64,000 bases of DNA from Candidatus Babeliales bacterium (GTDB lineage: Bacteria > Babelota > Babeliae > Babelales > JANWKD01): positions 96,001-160,000 of the forward strand of contig CAVRJO010000001.1 in the NCBI GenBank assembly GCA_963722255.1. The letters are read 5' to 3'. Under the pieces are notes generated by a model, which did not search any database, was not told where the DNA came from, and worked only from the letters and a program-made list of their open reading frames with translations. Position 1 is the first letter of the stretch. Every line of letters begins with the position of its first letter. Positions 30,101-40,408 of this stretch are shown in pieces. The position numbers were made by a program, and so were the translations under genes.

Positions 30101-30607
30101 TCTCTAAATTCGATGCAAGAACCGGTTATTATTGCATGCGGATTACTTAAAGCAACCAAAGTTATTATGACAAAAAAAGGCGATCGAATGGCTTTTATAA
30201 CTCTAGAAGATACCGTCTCAACCGCTGAAATAATTCTTTTTCCAAAAACATATGCAGTAACAGAGAAATGGCTCAATGAGCATCATGTCTTTATTGTTAA
30301 AGGAAATTTAGATATAACTTCAACACAGAAATGCAAAATCAAAGCTCAATCTATGATTCCACTAGATTTGCTCTTTGAAGAATGGCCTCATATAGAAACT
30401 ATTATTTTAGAGTTACCACCGGAATTTAACGAAACAATGCTTCATAATCTTAATCAAAAGCTTGTTGCAGGCAAAACGGCTCTTAATTTTATATTTTATG
30501 AAAATGGAAAAAAATTATATTTAAAAAGCCAAAAGAAGATCAACTTAAGCTCTAATTTTATTAAAGAAATTAATGAACAAAACATTCAAATACATATTAC
30601 GCTCTAA
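27146..30607 (+). CDS. dnaE: DNA polymerase III alpha subunit
   Basis: HLHLHTEFSLLDG PHP domain, GPGRGSAAGS, PDIDIDF, HAAGIVI, YGFNKSHS, OB-fold region. Confidence 0.98.
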   Translation: MLQKHFTHLHLHTEFSLLDGAIHIDKLIDFGKKNNFKALAITDHGNIFGAVKFFQKCKKAGIKPVLGMEAYFTEDVAIKSADRKYYHLILLVQNETGYKNLCKLISFAYQSGFYFKPRIDYAILKKYSEGLIATSACLGGHIPTLLMNNQLDEARERLLWFLEVFGPDRFFLEVQPEDQHEQAELNTKLYELSAHYGVKLVATGDCHYIHATDREAHEVMLAIQTQHKITDPDRFSFGQARVHMRTQDEMLNLFSEHPDAVWNSGAIADSCNFDFTTGKLYFPEFQIPDQHTPESFFTELCHQGLHNLIQNDLIDKQKEHEYWNRLNFELDLIIKMGFVGYFLVVSDFIQWSKRNGIPVGPGRGSAAGSLVSWSLQITNIDPLKYNLLFERFLNPERISMPDIDIDFCIEGRDAVINYVREKYGHDKVGQIITFGTMMAKGVIKDVARVLGMPFEDSNAISALIPEQLKITLKEAIEQEPKLKELIDNNSQVAKVFEIAFTLEGITRHASKHAAGIVISPEPIDEVLPVYVPPKSSELVTQYAMTELEALGFLKIDLLGLKNLTLIERTLQLIKKNHDIVINLDKLPLDDANTFKLICQGKTSGVFQLESNGLKEVLQKLQPEKFEDIIAVNALYRPGPLGSGMVDDFIERKQGRQKIIYIFPELKPILEETYGVIVYQEQVIKIASAIGGYSLGEADILRKAMGKKKADVMAEQKEIFLKKSLALNFDAKKSAEIFDLMAYFAGYGFNKSHSAAYALIAYQTAYLKANFLPEFMACLISLESANAENMVFYLQEAKDMGLPILPPNINSSEIDFSIINNALLFGLRGIKNVGMASLDNIINERKKGPFTDLFNFCKRIDLRTSNKRVIENLICAGAFDSLPGNRAQKYEELPKIMEQASAKKKSEETGQLGLFDIQSSPSPDLSVHQEPSYSFSSRSEWDNKTKLEKEEEVIGFYLSAHPLDAYKHYLQWFKIQPFQHILNASSSLNSMQEPVIIACGLLKATKVIMTKKGDRMAFITLEDTVSTAEIILFPKTYAVTEKWLNEHHVFIVKGNLDITSTQKCKIKAQSMIPLDLLFEEWPHIETIILELPPEFNETMLHNLNQKLVAGKTALNFIFYENGKKLYLKSQKKINLSSNFIKEINEQNIQIHITL

Positions 30608-30613
30608 GCGAGC

Positions 30614-31270
30614 TTACAATTCTTGCATATGCATAGTTGCATCAAAATAATAATCTTCATGTAATGCTTCAATTGTAGACAAAAATGTTTGTAAAATAGA
30701 AGCATTTTTACAAAGCAGCAGAAGATTAATTGATTTCTTTAAAAAAGCACGAACCACATCAGCATCATTTTTATTTTTGATCAATGCTACGGTAATTGCA
30801 TTATAGAGACTCGCTACATCTGTATTGGTTATTTTTTTTTCCCAATCTTCCATAAATTCTTCTAATCTATCAATTTGGTTAGTATAAACAAAAAGAGAGC
30901 ATAATTTGTTCAAATGTACGCATAATCTTGAGTTAATACCCAATTGTTCATATAATAAAATAGTTTGCATAAGATCATCCTGAGATGTCTCATCGAGCAA
31001 AAGAATATGCTCATATACAGCTGCAGCTTCTATTAATTTTTTATTTTGAATATACAGTAGTGCGGCTCCCCGGTATCGCAGACAAGCGGCAGGTATATCA
31101 TTAAAAGAAAGTAGAATATCACCCTCTAATTGAGCGGCAAGGGCATAATCATCAAATGAATGGATAAGTAATTTATATAAGCAAAGCGCCCGTTCTCGTT
31201 CACCACGAGAAACAAATTCTGCTAACTTAAACCATGCAACATTATATTTATCCGACGGGAGCTGCCTCAT
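30614..31270 (-). CDS. Hypothetical TPR-like helical protein
   Basis: 218-aa ORF with TPR-like helices (AWFKLAEFV, AAAVYEHIL); AAGGGA RBS. Confidence 0.7.
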   Translation of the reverse strand: MRQLPSDKYNVAWFKLAEFVSRGERERALCLYKLLIHSFDDYALAAQLEGDILLSFNDIPAACLRYRGAALLYIQNKKLIEAAAVYEHILLLDETSQDDLMQTILLYEQLGINSRLCVHLNKLCSLFVYTNQIDRLEEFMEDWEKKITNTDVASLYNAITVALIKNKNDADVVRAFLKKSINLLLLCKNASILQTFLSTIEALHEDYYFDATMHMQEL

Positions 31271-31359
31271 TATTTATATCCCTTTGCTTCTCAACCAATT
31301 TACTCTCATAATCTTTACCCTATCACGGGGAAAATTTGAGAACAAGCTTTTGTGCTAAA

Positions 31360-31451
31360 TCAAATATTTTTAATTTCTGCAGGGATATATTTTCCATCAA
31401 TATCTGGAAGAGGATTTGCTTTATGTGACTCCAAAATAATTTGAGCGGCAA
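31360..31451 (-). pseudogene. Probable 3' remnant of the gene starting at 32636, separated by transposase fragments
   Basis: Open reading IAAQIILESHKANPLPDIDGKYIPAEIKNI* begins where IS3 homology ends. Confidence 0.45.
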
Positions 31452-31955
31452 TTCCATCCCATGATTTTTCGACTAAAAACATCAATTAAGCAAACCAAAT
31501 ATACAAAACCACCCCGTATTTTTATATAGGTTATATCTACTTGCCAAACCTGATTTGGTCGATTAATAAGCAACCCACGCAATAAATAAGGAAATACTTT
31601 GTGCCCCTGATTTCGTATGGTTGTTTTTTTGCGAGGGTAAATGGCCTGGATGCCCGCTATCTTAAGCAACATAAAGACTTTTTTATGATTAACCAAAAAA
31701 CCATTTTCTCTTAAAGCTACTGTCATGCGCCGATAGCCATAGGAAGGCGTTTCTTGATAAATTTCACGTAGCTCATTCATAATAATTGCATCATTATTTT
31801 TTTGAGGTTTAGGCTTGTAATACATCGATCCTCTCGATACATCTAAAAGTTCACATTTTCTTTTAAAGTCTATTGCTTCATTTACACACTCAACCATTTC
31901 CTTACGCTGCTTTAAATCTATCGATTGAGCGAGCGTTCTAAAAAATCACGCTCTC
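31452..31955 (-). mobile_element. IS3-family internal fragment (end of orfA, 5' half of orfB); no terminal repeats seen
   Basis: orfA tail ERDFLERSLNR*, orfB YGYRRM, PNQVWQVDITYI, LIDVFSRKIMGW; 31452..31837 near-identical to 45143..45528. Confidence 0.9.
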
Positions 31956-32470
31956 CAATAATAAGCAACACTTAAAACAAGAATAAGACGTTCTATTCGT
32001 TCTGCATGGCGTAACTGAGTAGTAGTGATATCAAAGCCTCTTGATTTAAAGTCTGAGAACATAGGCTCAATAGACCATCGCATGCCATAATCAAGAACTT
32101 TATATTCGGTAGGAACACAATCCATAGCAATGATCCAAGGTTCATCTTTGCCTTCATCTTGTAGTGCACCAATGTTAGTTGTAACGCCAGAATTATTCAA
32201 CTGAACATTGCACAACGATGTTTGTTTTAATCTGATAAGCTCGCCAGAACTCAATTCCCCACCATGATGAAAAAGAATAAGATTACCTTTCAAGCGAATG
32301 CGGTATCGCCATTTGAAACTTTGACATAATTGGATAAGCGCAGGATTCCCATAGAATCTATCCGCCATTAAAATAATTTTTGCATAGCTTGGTATGTTAG
32401 CAAACACCGCCTCAAGCAGTTGTTTTTGAATGGTAAAGCCAATTTCTCCTTGAGTTTAGTCTCCATTTTT
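31946..32470 (-). mobile_element. Internal fragment of a DDE transposase (IS4/IS5-like, DDE_Tnp_1 type)
   Basis: ADRFYG, YRIRLKGN, EPWIIA, YGMRWSIEPMFSDFKSRGF (Y-x2-R-x3-E-x6-K); homology extends upstream as QGEIGFTIQKQLL. Confidence 0.85.
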
Positions 32471-32636
32471 CTCTTTGTATTGAGTCACCCTTCCTTTGCA
32501 CAAGAGCTCTGTATTTGTCTTTGGGTGAAGCAATAACCTGCCCCGATTGATTTATTTCTTTAACTTCTGATTTTTGCATTGTACACATTAAAAAAGTACA
32601 GGATATACTACAAAAAAATATAATTTTATTATTCAT
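32470..32636 (-). pseudogene. 5' part of a secreted hypothetical gene interrupted by transposase fragments
   Basis: AGAGGG RBS, signal peptide MNNKIIFFCSISCTFLMCT; reading frame runs into transposase sequence. Confidence 0.6.
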
Positions 32637-32769
32637 AAAACCCTCTTTTACTAATCGCTAAGATCGGTAAAAATAGTTTAAAACAATTAGAGCGAGTTTT
32701 GCAAGAAAGAAGGAAAGATATGCATTAATTTAAGAAACTGGCCTGTCAGGCATTTCTGAAGGAAATGAC

Positions 32770-32844
32770 TGGTGCCGAGGAGTGGAATTGAACCACCGAC
32801 ACTGTGCTCTTCAGGCACATGCTCTACCACTGAGCTACCTCGGC
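32770..32844 (-). tRNA. tRNA-Phe(GAA)
   Basis: Reverse complement: acceptor GCCGAGG/CCTCGGC, anticodon arm TGTGC-CTGAAGA-GCACA, GTTCAAT, ACCA. Confidence 0.96.
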
Positions 32845-33067
32845 TAGACACTGCTTATGGTACAGATATGAGATTTTTTGTCAATAAAATTAACTAAAAA
32901 AATAGATTTTCTATAATGAATTTTTCTTATAATGGTGCTACAATGCCTGAAATAATAAAACGTATTCACAATTAACCCAACAAATAGTCTTTTTTAGGTT
33001 TGCTAATCCTATCTGTCTTTGCTACATTTAAGATAAATAATTTAGGTCCCTAAACAAAAATGATACA

Positions 33068-34096
33068 ATGCTTAAAGATAAAATTGAACAGTTGCTTCAA
33101 GAATTTAATCATGCTTTATCGACTATTACTAATTTAGTTGATTTGGAAGAGGCTAGAATTAAATTCCTTTCACGCAATGGAAAAATTGCTGAACTAATGT
33201 CCGAATTAAAAAAACTTTCACTCCAGGACAAACAGCTCTTTGGTCCCCTCATGAACAACCTAAAACAGTTTACCTTAGAAGCTTATGAAGCTAAAAAAAA
33301 GAGTATTGAAAATTCACTCTTACAGGAGCATTTGGCAAAAGATTTACATTTTGATGTCACAGCATACCTACCAAAACCTGTTTACGGAAGTTTACATCCG
33401 CTAACTCACATCTATGAAAAAATATATTCGATTTTCAGCTCCATGAGTTATGAGATTTTAGAGGGCCCGGAAATTGAAACAGAGTATTATAACTTTGAAG
33501 CATTAAATATCCCTAAAAATCATCCTGCTCGAGATATTATGGACACCTTATGGTTAACTAAACCCGGTTATTTACTAAGAACTCATACCTCTACAGTTCA
33601 GGTTCATGGCATGGAATCTAGAAAACCCCCACTTGCAGTTATTGCTCCAGGAAGAGTGTATCGACATGAAGCAACTGACGCAACTCACGATTTTCTTTTT
33701 AATCAGATTGAAGGGCTTGTTGTCGCTGAAAATATCTCCTTATCTCATTTGCTGGCTACACTAAAAGTTTTTTTCAGAACACTCTTTAATAAAGAAGATT
33801 TAGAGCTTAAAATTCGTCCTGACTATTTCCCTTTTGTTGAACCAGGTATAGAAATTAATATTTCTTGTCCCTTTTGTAAGTCTGGTTGCTCCGTTTGTAA
33901 AAAATCACGCTACATTGAAATGGGCGGCGCTGGACTTGTTCACCCAAATGTTCTACAATGCAGTAACATTGACCCAAAAAAATACAACGGATTTGCCTTT
34001 GGACTAGGGGTAGATCGAATCGCAATGATCATGTATACTATTAATGACATTAGACTTTTTGCGAGCGGCAAAATAGATTTTTTAAAGCAATTTTAA
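33068..34096 (+). CDS. pheS: Phenylalanine--tRNA ligase alpha subunit
   Basis: GSLHP, NFEALNIPKNHPARD, LRTHTS, PGRVYR, DATH, YFPFVEP, GFAFGLGVDR. Confidence 0.97.
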   Translation: MLKDKIEQLLQEFNHALSTITNLVDLEEARIKFLSRNGKIAELMSELKKLSLQDKQLFGPLMNNLKQFTLEAYEAKKKSIENSLLQEHLAKDLHFDVTAYLPKPVYGSLHPLTHIYEKIYSIFSSMSYEILEGPEIETEYYNFEALNIPKNHPARDIMDTLWLTKPGYLLRTHTSTVQVHGMESRKPPLAVIAPGRVYRHEATDATHDFLFNQIEGLVVAENISLSHLLATLKVFFRTLFNKEDLELKIRPDYFPFVEPGIEINISCPFCKSGCSVCKKSRYIEMGGAGLVHPNVLQCSNIDPKKYNGFAFGLGVDRIAMIMYTINDIRLFASGKIDFLKQF

Positions 34097-34143
34097 TGAC
34101 TTTTAATAAAATTTCAATTGCATAATGATACTAAAGGAGTAAT

Positions 34144-35061
34144 ATGGATATCCTTAAAACAGTAATCCCCGCTGCTGGATTGGGAACACGCTTTCTTCCT
34201 TTTACAAAAGCGGTACCTAAAGAGATGTTGCCTTTGCTCAATAAACCCGCGATTCAATATCATGTTGAAGAAGCTCTTTATTCTGGCATCAAGAATATTT
34301 TAATGATTATTAGTAAAAATAAACAAGCGATAGCCGATCATTTTGATGCTGACCTTGAATTAGAACTTACTCTAAAAGAACGTGGCAATCTTGAATTACT
34401 TGGAAATCTTAAAAAAATTCATAATGATAGCTATTTTTCTTATATTAGGCAAACTGAGCCGCTTGGCCTTGGGCATGCAATTTGGCTTGCCCGGCATGGC
34501 ATTAACAAAGAATATTTTGGTGTCCAGCTCCCTGATGAGATACTAATCTCTAAAACGCCGGGCCTTGCTCAATTAATAAAAGTTGCTCGACAAGAAAAAG
34601 CAACCGTTGTTGGAGTGCAAGAAGTTCCTTCTGATCTTGTTTCAAACTATGGAATAGTTGCAATAAAAAAACAGATAACGCCGAACCTCTTTCAAGTTTC
34701 ACATTTAGTTGAAAAACCGGATCAAAAAGACGCCCCTTCAAATCTTGCATTGGTTGGAAGATATGTTTTATCTCATAAAATCTTTCCAGCTCTTGAAACC
34801 ATTGAAACTGATATTAAAGGTGAACTTCAACTGACTGATGCTATTAGCCAAATGATGTTTAATAATGAAAAAGTTTTTGCCTATAAAATTCAAGGCACGC
34901 GGTATGATATCGGTAATCCTATTGGATGGCTTAAAGCTCTTATAGGTTGTGCTCTTCAGGATCCTTATTATCAGCCGCATATAAGCAAATTTTTAGCTGA
35001 TAAAGAACTTATGGAATCATTTATTTATAATCCTGTTTCTATTACTGAACATACGCTCTAA
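34144..35061 (+). CDS. galU: UTP--glucose-1-phosphate uridylyltransferase
   Basis: VIPAAGLGTRFLPFTKAVPKEMLP, QTEPLGLGHA, LVEKP, GELQLTDAI, RYDIG. Confidence 0.95.
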   Translation: MDILKTVIPAAGLGTRFLPFTKAVPKEMLPLLNKPAIQYHVEEALYSGIKNILMIISKNKQAIADHFDADLELELTLKERGNLELLGNLKKIHNDSYFSYIRQTEPLGLGHAIWLARHGINKEYFGVQLPDEILISKTPGLAQLIKVARQEKATVVGVQEVPSDLVSNYGIVAIKKQITPNLFQVSHLVEKPDQKDAPSNLALVGRYVLSHKIFPALETIETDIKGELQLTDAISQMMFNNEKVFAYKIQGTRYDIGNPIGWLKALIGCALQDPYYQPHISKFLADKELMESFIYNPVSITEHTL

Positions 35062-35063
35062 AA

Positions 35064-35099
35064 AAAATCTCCTCAATGCATAGACATTAAGGAGATTTT
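35064..35099. terminator. Bidirectional terminator
   Basis: aaaatctcct...aggagatttt between convergent genes. Confidence 0.75.
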
Positions 35100-35123
35100 A
35101 AAATTAAGTACAACTAATTTTGA

Positions 35124-35750
35124 TCAAACCAATTCTTCAAAAGTTATTTCAAGCATTGGGCAAACTTTCCATCCTGCTAGTTCAAAATGCCACCAGGGAT
35201 CTTGACTGTTTTGTACAAACCCATGCTTTACCATGATTATTTTTAAAAGATCACGATTTTTACACGCTCTTTCTGAAATATCACACGCATCGCATGAAGC
35301 CTTACAAGTGATACAATCAAATGATGTTGGCATATCAATTTCTAACCCTGTTTTTAAATCAAATAAGGTTACATCAACTGCCATTCCTCGGGTATGAGAA
35401 TCACCATGAGATGGATTTGTAATATAGTTTTCATCAGGAAGTAGTTTCCATATTTTTTCTAACTCTTGTTTTGGTTGAAAGGCATCCCAAATTACAATGC
35501 CAAATCCATAGTGTTCAAATTCTTGAACTGCACCTTTCAAAGCATGTGCAACATCTTTATGAACATAACAACAGGTGCATGAATCATAAATCTTTTGTTG
35601 AGTAATATTCTGTTCCGTTGCATAACGTAGATTCATTACAATCGCAGGATTGTGTAGGGTATCAAGTGATACCAAATCATGTGCATCTGCCCTCCTTAAT
35701 GAAAAGCTGAATACAACGGCTGTTATTATTGCTATTTTTGAAATGTTCAT
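35124..35750 (-). CDS. M15 family D-Ala-D-Ala dipeptidase-like protein (VanX/DdpX) with signal peptide; catalytic residues altered
   Basis: LRYATEQN, SHTRGMAVDVTL, DMPTSFD, NRDLL, WWHF. Confidence 0.85.
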   Translation of the reverse strand: MNISKIAIITAVVFSFSLRRADAHDLVSLDTLHNPAIVMNLRYATEQNITQQKIYDSCTCCYVHKDVAHALKGAVQEFEHYGFGIVIWDAFQPKQELEKIWKLLPDENYITNPSHGDSHTRGMAVDVTLFDLKTGLEIDMPTSFDCITCKASCDACDISERACKNRDLLKIIMVKHGFVQNSQDPWWHFELAGWKVCPMLEITFEELV

Positions 35751-35998
35751 GAAATTCTCCTTTTTTTAGCGTTTATTAGTATACCGCAGTATAAACTAAC
35801 AATGTATGAAAATACAAGATCGTTGTATCTGTACTAAAGTCATATCACTAAAAATCAAAAAATCATTTCATATCATTAACAATTATTGCAAATTGAAAAT
35901 AAAATAAGTTATGCTTAACATGAATATGTTTAAGCAATTTAGATTGTGGAAATCTGCGTAATTCACCAAATTCACGTTATATAAAAAAGGAACTAACA

Positions 35999-36181
35999 AT
36001 GAATTTTTCGACTCTCACTTATCTCCTTATTTTTTTTAGTAGCAGCGCACTCAGTGCAGCATGCCCAACTTGTGTAGCAAAAGTTCAACAGAACTCACCA
36101 CCCTTTTTTGCAGATGAATTTTATACATCAAATAATGATGATCTTGATATCGATTTAGTAACAACCGGAACGGGTTCTTAA
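35999..36181 (+). CDS. Small secreted CxxC protein
   Basis: AAGGA RBS, signal peptide followed by ACPTCV. Confidence 0.6.
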   Translation: MNFSTLTYLLIFFSSSALSAACPTCVAKVQQNSPPFFADEFYTSNNDDLDIDLVTTGTGS

Positions 36182-37398
36182 CAATTACTTTGCTTCAAAA
36201 GGCGAATAATAGCTTTATAATCTTTCTGTTGTCCAAGATGAAAGAATACTTTATAAAATGTCGTTTCTTTATTTTCGGTTTCAGCAAGCATCATAATTGC
36301 AATTTCTTCCGCTGTCCCCCCGCCATAGCCTCTTATCGTTCGATCGGCCCCATGCTTTAATAACGTTGAAACAATCGTTAAATTACCATACTTTGCAGCA
36401 TACATAAGGGCGGTCATTCCTTGATGGTCTCGCACATTAATTAGAGCTTTGCATGCTAGTAGTTCATTTGAGGCAAAATAGTTATTATAGATCGCACTAA
36501 ATATTAATGGTGTCGCACCTGAATTATCTACGTTATTAACATCCGCACCATTTGCAAGCAATAAAGCTGTTGTTTTATGCGTATGATTAAATATCGATAA
36601 TGCTAGCGACGTTACTCCTAAACTATTTCTATTATTAACATACGCCCCCCTTTGAATTAGCTCTTTAACTATTTCAAAAGGAAGTTGTTTATACATAAGG
36701 GGTGTTTTCCCCTGATTATCAATTTCATTAACATCAATCTTTCGGCTCAAAAAAACCTTAAGCACATTTATATTATTATTTTTTGCCAACGCATAACTGA
36801 ATAATGGCGTCTCATATCTTACCATAACTTTTTGATGTACATTTGCGCCATGATCAAGTAAAAAATCAACCATTTCTGGATATCCGCTTTGTACAGCAAT
36901 TACAATAGGTGTAAAACCTTTCTTGTTCTTTTGATCAACCAGCGCACCTGCAGAAAGCAGTAACTGTGCATATACTAAAGATCTGCTTTTAATAGCACAT
37001 CCCAAAGGAACATCATCACGCACATTACTATTATTAAGATCTATTCCTGTTGTTAAACAATCACGGACATCATCGTAACTATATTTACCCCGATTTTTCA
37101 TTGCTAAGCATAAAGCCTCTACAAAATTAAAGTTTACATCAATCAATAACTGTACAAAACTACAAAGCTCATCCGGACATTGTTTATGATCATCTAACTT
37201 AATTTTTTTTTGCTTTATTTCTTGGGCAACAACAATTGCCGCTCTCATTCTCAATGATGGCATTGGTTTAAAAAGCATCTTAGATTCTCTATCGCCTTCC
37301 TCCATGCCATAGACATTATTTTTTCCAACTGATAGAACGAAACTTATAATAACAAAATACAATGAGCAGCTCTTACGTCGTTTATTTATTATTTTCAT
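36178..37398 (-). CDS. Secreted ankyrin repeat protein with an N-terminal SOCS-box-like segment
   Basis: About 7 ankyrin repeats (GFTPIVIA, GKTPLM, GATPLIFSA, GMTALMYAA); PSLRMRAAIVVA...CPDELCSFV. Confidence 0.9.
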   Translation of the reverse strand: MKIINKRRKSCSLYFVIISFVLSVGKNNVYGMEEGDRESKMLFKPMPSLRMRAAIVVAQEIKQKKIKLDDHKQCPDELCSFVQLLIDVNFNFVEALCLAMKNRGKYSYDDVRDCLTTGIDLNNSNVRDDVPLGCAIKSRSLVYAQLLLSAGALVDQKNKKGFTPIVIAVQSGYPEMVDFLLDHGANVHQKVMVRYETPLFSYALAKNNNINVLKVFLSRKIDVNEIDNQGKTPLMYKQLPFEIVKELIQRGAYVNNRNSLGVTSLALSIFNHTHKTTALLLANGADVNNVDNSGATPLIFSAIYNNYFASNELLACKALINVRDHQGMTALMYAAKYGNLTIVSTLLKHGADRTIRGYGGGTAEEIAIMMLAETENKETTFYKVFFHLGQQKDYKAIIRLLKQSNC

Positions 37399-37451
37399 TA
37401 GGCATTTGCTTTCTCGTCAATAACTGGGCTGTTATTTATATACAAATTTTT

Positions 37452-39849
37452 TTATGAATATCTCTTCAAAAACGGAATAACCGAATCAGGATTTAATGAT
37501 AACGATGTTATACCTAAATCAACTAAGAACTGGGCAAATTCAGGATAATCTGATGGCGCTTGACCACAAATACCTATTGGTTTTTTATGACGCAATGCAC
37601 CTTCAATAACCATTGCACACATTTTTTTCACTGCCTGATCTCGTTCGTCAAAAAGAGGTGCAAGAAGCGCCGAATCTCTATCAACGGCAAGAGTAGTTTG
37701 TGTCAAATCATTTGATCCAATCGAAAATCCATCAAAAAGCTTACAAAATTCATCAATGAGGAGAACATTTGATGGTATTTCAACCATCATATAAATTTTC
37801 AAACCATTATGACCTTGAACAAGCCCATACTTCTTCATAACCGTTATCACTCGCCAAGCTTCATCAACGGTTCTAACGAAAGGAATCATAACAATAATAT
37901 TGGTAAGGCCCATAGTATCTCGAGCTTTTTTTAATGCAGCACATTCAAGTGCAAAAGCAGGCTCATACAATGGATTATAATAACGAGATGCGCCGCGTAA
38001 TCCTAACATCGGGTTACTTTCTACGGGTTCAAAAAACGAACCACCAAGTAAATCTCGATATTCATTCGTTTTAAAATCAGAAAAACGTACTATAACAGGA
38101 TGAGGATAAAATGCCGCGGCAATAGATCCGACACCTTGGGCTAAAGAATCAATAAAAAAATCTTCACGTGTAGCGTAAGCGCTTGTTAAAAGATCCAGCT
38201 CATGAATAATTTTTACGTCCTTAATAACAGCGTTTTGAGTAAATGCCATTGGATGAGCTTTTATTGTGTGCGCTATTATAAATTCTACGCGCGCCAGACC
38301 AACTCCAGATACAAAAGGCAATTGACACACCACAAAAGCATTATTTGGATCAGCAATATTAACCAGTATTTCTTTTGGTGGCTTTACAAGTTTTGTTGTA
38401 TCAATTTCTGAAATGGTAAAAGGTATCTGACCATTATAAACAAATCCTTGTGCGCCCTGGCTACAATCTAAGGTAATTATGTGCCCATCTTTTATTAAGG
38501 TAAGCGAATTGGCTGCGCCTACAACAGCAGGAATACCCAATTCTCTGACTTACAATTGCTGCATGGCATGTTCTCCCACCTTCTTCGGTTACAATACCGG
38601 CCGCTTTTTGCATCAAAGGAACCCAATCGGGATCTGTCATTTGAGTAACTAAAATGTCTCCCTCATTGAAAATGGCTGCATCTTTTGCGCTTTTAATGAT
38701 ACGAGCTTTTCCTGATACTATTTTTGTACCAACACTTTGCCCTTCAACAAGAATCTGTTGCGCAGCATCTTTTTTATGAGCCTCTTGCAAAGAATAAAGT
38801 TGCATAAAAGCACTCTGCTTCTTTAAGGAATGTACCGTTTCCGGACGCGCTTGAACAATATAGAGAGAACCATCTAATCCATCTTTTGCCCATTCTATAT
38901 CCATAGGCGACCAAAAACCATTGAGTTGCGTATAATAGTCCTCAATGAGCACAATATTTTTTGACAGCTCTTGTATTTCGGAGTCAGTTAAACAAAATCT
39001 TTGAGCATCAGATTGTTCAACAGGCACCCATTCAACTTTTTTTTGCTCAGTTGCATAGATTAGTTTTTTTCTCTTAGAACCTATCACTTTTTTTATAATG
39101 GGATTAAATCCCTCTTTAAGCGTTGTTTTAAAAACACGATACTCATCAGGATTAACAATGCCTTGAACCACAGCTTCGCCAAGTCCATACGATGCATCAA
39201 TCATAATTAAATCTTTAAAACCTGTTTCAGTATCCAATGAAAATGCAACGCCGGAAACAGCTAAATCTGAACGCACCATTTTTTGTACAACAATTGAAAG
39301 CGCTATATCAAGATGATCAAAGCCTTTTGTTGAACGATACATAATTGCTCTATCGGTAAATAATGAGGCAAAACATTTTTTACATGCCTCTATCAACTGT
39401 TTTTGACCTTGAATATGCAAAAAACTTTCTTGCTGTCCTGCAAATGATGCTCCAGGAAGATCTTCCGCGGTTGCTGAAGAACGAACTGCAACATCAACTT
39501 CATCAGTATGATATTCTTTTGAAAGCTCTTGATATGATTGAGCTATTTCATCAAATAAATCTGAAGGCATCTCTGCTTTACAAATGAGTTCTCGAACTTC
39601 TTTCGCTTTTTTAGTAAGACTGGATAAATCATTAAGATCTATCGAGTTTACTATTTTTTTTATGAGCGGTGCCAGACTATTATAATCTAAATAATGCCGG
39701 TATGCTCGAGCAGTTATTGCAAAACCGTCAGGAATTTTAACTCCTTTCTGAGTCAAATATTGAATCATTTGACCAAGAGATGCAGTTTTACCACCAACTA
39801 ATGGACTATCATGTATACCCACTTGATGTAGCGATTTAATATATTCCAT
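37452..39849 (-). pseudogene. ppsA: Phosphoenolpyruvate synthase, split by a 1-nt insertion near 38547
   Basis: VGGK, VAVRSSATAEDLP.ASFAGQ, GGRTCHAAIVS-(extra C)-RELGIPAVVG, GVGLAR.EF, NPMLGLRG, SIGSNDLTQ, GICGQAPSD. Confidence 0.9.
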
Positions 39850-39856
39850 TAATAGT

Positions 39857-40408
39857 TTATTTCCTTTCGTATGTTGCCATTAATTCTGCTTTTTCCAAGA
39901 TATGACCATCAATTGCTTTCATTATTTCATTTTTTGAAGCACCTTCAGGAAGATTAAGCATACTATCTAAAGCATAAAGAATAAAATAATACCTGTGCAT
40001 TTTATCAGGAGGGCAAGCTCCGTGGAATTCATTTTTCCCGCTATTGGTCAAACCCTGTTTTGCACCCTTTAGTGTACCAATATTACTATTTTCATCAATT
40101 TTGTTTATAAAGGGAGGAATATTAAAAACAATCCAGTGAACCCAAGGGTTAGGTTTTGTAGCAGGCGCATCAGGATCTTCCATGATGAGCATAAAACTTT
40201 TTGTACCTGCCGGTGCATTCTGCCATTCTAAAGGAGGATTTATATCTTTACCATCACACGTATAAGCTGTTGGTAGAACAGTACCATTTTTAAATGCCGG
40301 ACTCGTTAACTGCATAAAATTTCCTTCCGCTTCACTTTTTTTTAGATTTAACAATAGAAAGCATATAGTTACTACAATAATCAATACACAAACAATTCTT
40401 TTCATCAA
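39857..40408 (-). CDS. YbhB/YbcL family Raf kinase inhibitor-like (PEBP) protein
   Basis: LTSPAF, YTCDG, DPDAP, WVHW, GACPP, HRYYF.LYALD. Confidence 0.93.
   Translation of the reverse strand: MMKRIVCVLIIVVTICFLLLNLKKSEAEGNFMQLTSPAFKNGTVLPTAYTCDGKDINPPLEWQNAPAGTKSFMLIMEDPDAPATKPNPWVHWIVFNIPPFINKIDENSNIGTLKGAKQGLTNSGKNEFHGACPPDKMHRYYFILYALDSMLNLPEGASKNEIMKAIDGHILEKAELMATYERK

Noticed and set aside
32770..34096. tRNA-Phe next to pheS as a T-box or regulatory arrangement
   Set aside because: The genes are divergent and no T-box consensus was seen in the intergenic region
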